Positions 63,300 to 64,000 of a stretch of 64,000 bases of DNA are shown here, piece by piece. This DNA comes from the human T2T-CHM13v2.0 reference genome, Homo sapiens. The notes beneath the pieces are model-generated. The model was given only the letters and a program-made list of their open reading frames with translations. It was not told the DNA's origin and ran no database searches. Each line of letters opens with the position of its first letter. Position 1 is the first letter of the stretch. Where the stretch lies: positions 14,496,001-14,560,000 of the forward strand of contig CP068257.2 in NCBI GenBank assembly GCA_009914755.4. Direction: 5' to 3'. Both the position numbers and the translations under genes were made by a program.

Positions 63300-64000
63300 T
63301 CCAGCATCTTAAACATTAAGCTTTCTATAGCTGAGAAAAGTGTAGCAAATTTATAATTGAAGAAAATATATATTAAGAACCTAGTACATATCAAACACTG
63401 TGAGAGGTATGAGGGATGTAAAAGTGAACAAGGCAGATAGTCCTTGATTTTGTGGGAGGTAAAGGCTGAGAGTTGAACTGCAATGAAGATATGGTGGATA
63501 AAGTGTGTTAATAAAAAGGTATTGGGGGTGTAGCATGTGGACAGGGTGCATGGGTTTCAGATGGAGTCTTGTTGAAAGAGTAGAGAGATATGTAAGTGAG
63601 AGTAAGCAATGTTCCAGACAGAGGAAAGAGATATGAAATATTATAAAATTGAGAGTCTGGTGAGCTTGAGAAACTGCAAAAAGTTTAAATTGTATGGAGC
63701 ACCAAGTGCTGGGAGTGGCAAAGGGCTGAGAAGGAGGTTTGGAGATAAATACTGGCTCCCTCCTGAAAGGTCTAGTTTGGATTATCCTAAGGGCACTAGA
63801 GACAAATCTGAAGGGTTTAATAAGGTTGGCAAATGGTTGTATATTTTCTTTATTTAGATAGGAAAATATCCTGGAACATGAGTGGTAGTTAAACCAAGAT
63901 AATATGTGCCATTTCTCAAGAATTTTTTTTAATGCTGTTACTGTAGTTACTTAGAGGATTCGAAGATAGGCTTCAGAGTTATTAAAAACTACCAGCGTTT

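Overview
This window is primate, almost certainly human, nuclear genomic DNA, not a prokaryotic locus. It is AT-rich and dominated by interspersed repeats. I count about 18 Alu SINEs, including two AluY-like copies with perfect target-site duplications and long poly(A) tails. There are five L1 (LINE-1) pieces, all on the minus strand. One is a ~2.9-kb 5'-truncated L1PA copy whose ORF2 reverse-transcriptase region is disrupted by only one visible frameshift. Two Tigger1 (pogo/TcMar-Tigger) DNA transposons carry decayed transposase ORFs. The first (678-8597, +) is split by a nested older L1 that itself contains an Alu. The second (30289-33608, -) has absorbed three independent Alu insertions. 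Also present are MIR fragments, hAT-type MITE-like palindromic elements, and many microsatellites or polypurine/polypyrimidine tracts: (CTT)n, (CCTT)n, (TG)n, (AAAT)n, (ATT)n, poly(A). I see no rRNA or tRNA genes, no CRISPR array, no operon-like gene structure, and no convincing host protein-coding exon. Every sizeable ORF in the six-frame track is a transposon ORF remnant (L1 ORF2, Tigger transposase), a translation of a simple repeat, or a GC-rich chance ORF. Features worth a second look:
- The compound Tigger1/L1/Alu nest, with a GC-rich 1.4-kb segment that looks like L1 5'UTR sequence in inverted orientation.
- A strong antisense strand bias of the retroelements, suggesting the window lies inside an intron of a plus-strand gene.
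- One speculative plus-strand exon candidate (53984-54192) inside an 8-kb Alu-free zone.
- A long pure GAA/TTC triplet tract.
- An AT-rich palindromic inverted duplication (33940-34320).
- A candidate MITE-like inverted-repeat structure (60415-60892).
All repeat-family calls come from by-eye comparison with remembered consensus sequences. Coordinates are approximate to about ±10 bp. They should be confirmed with RepeatMasker/Dfam.
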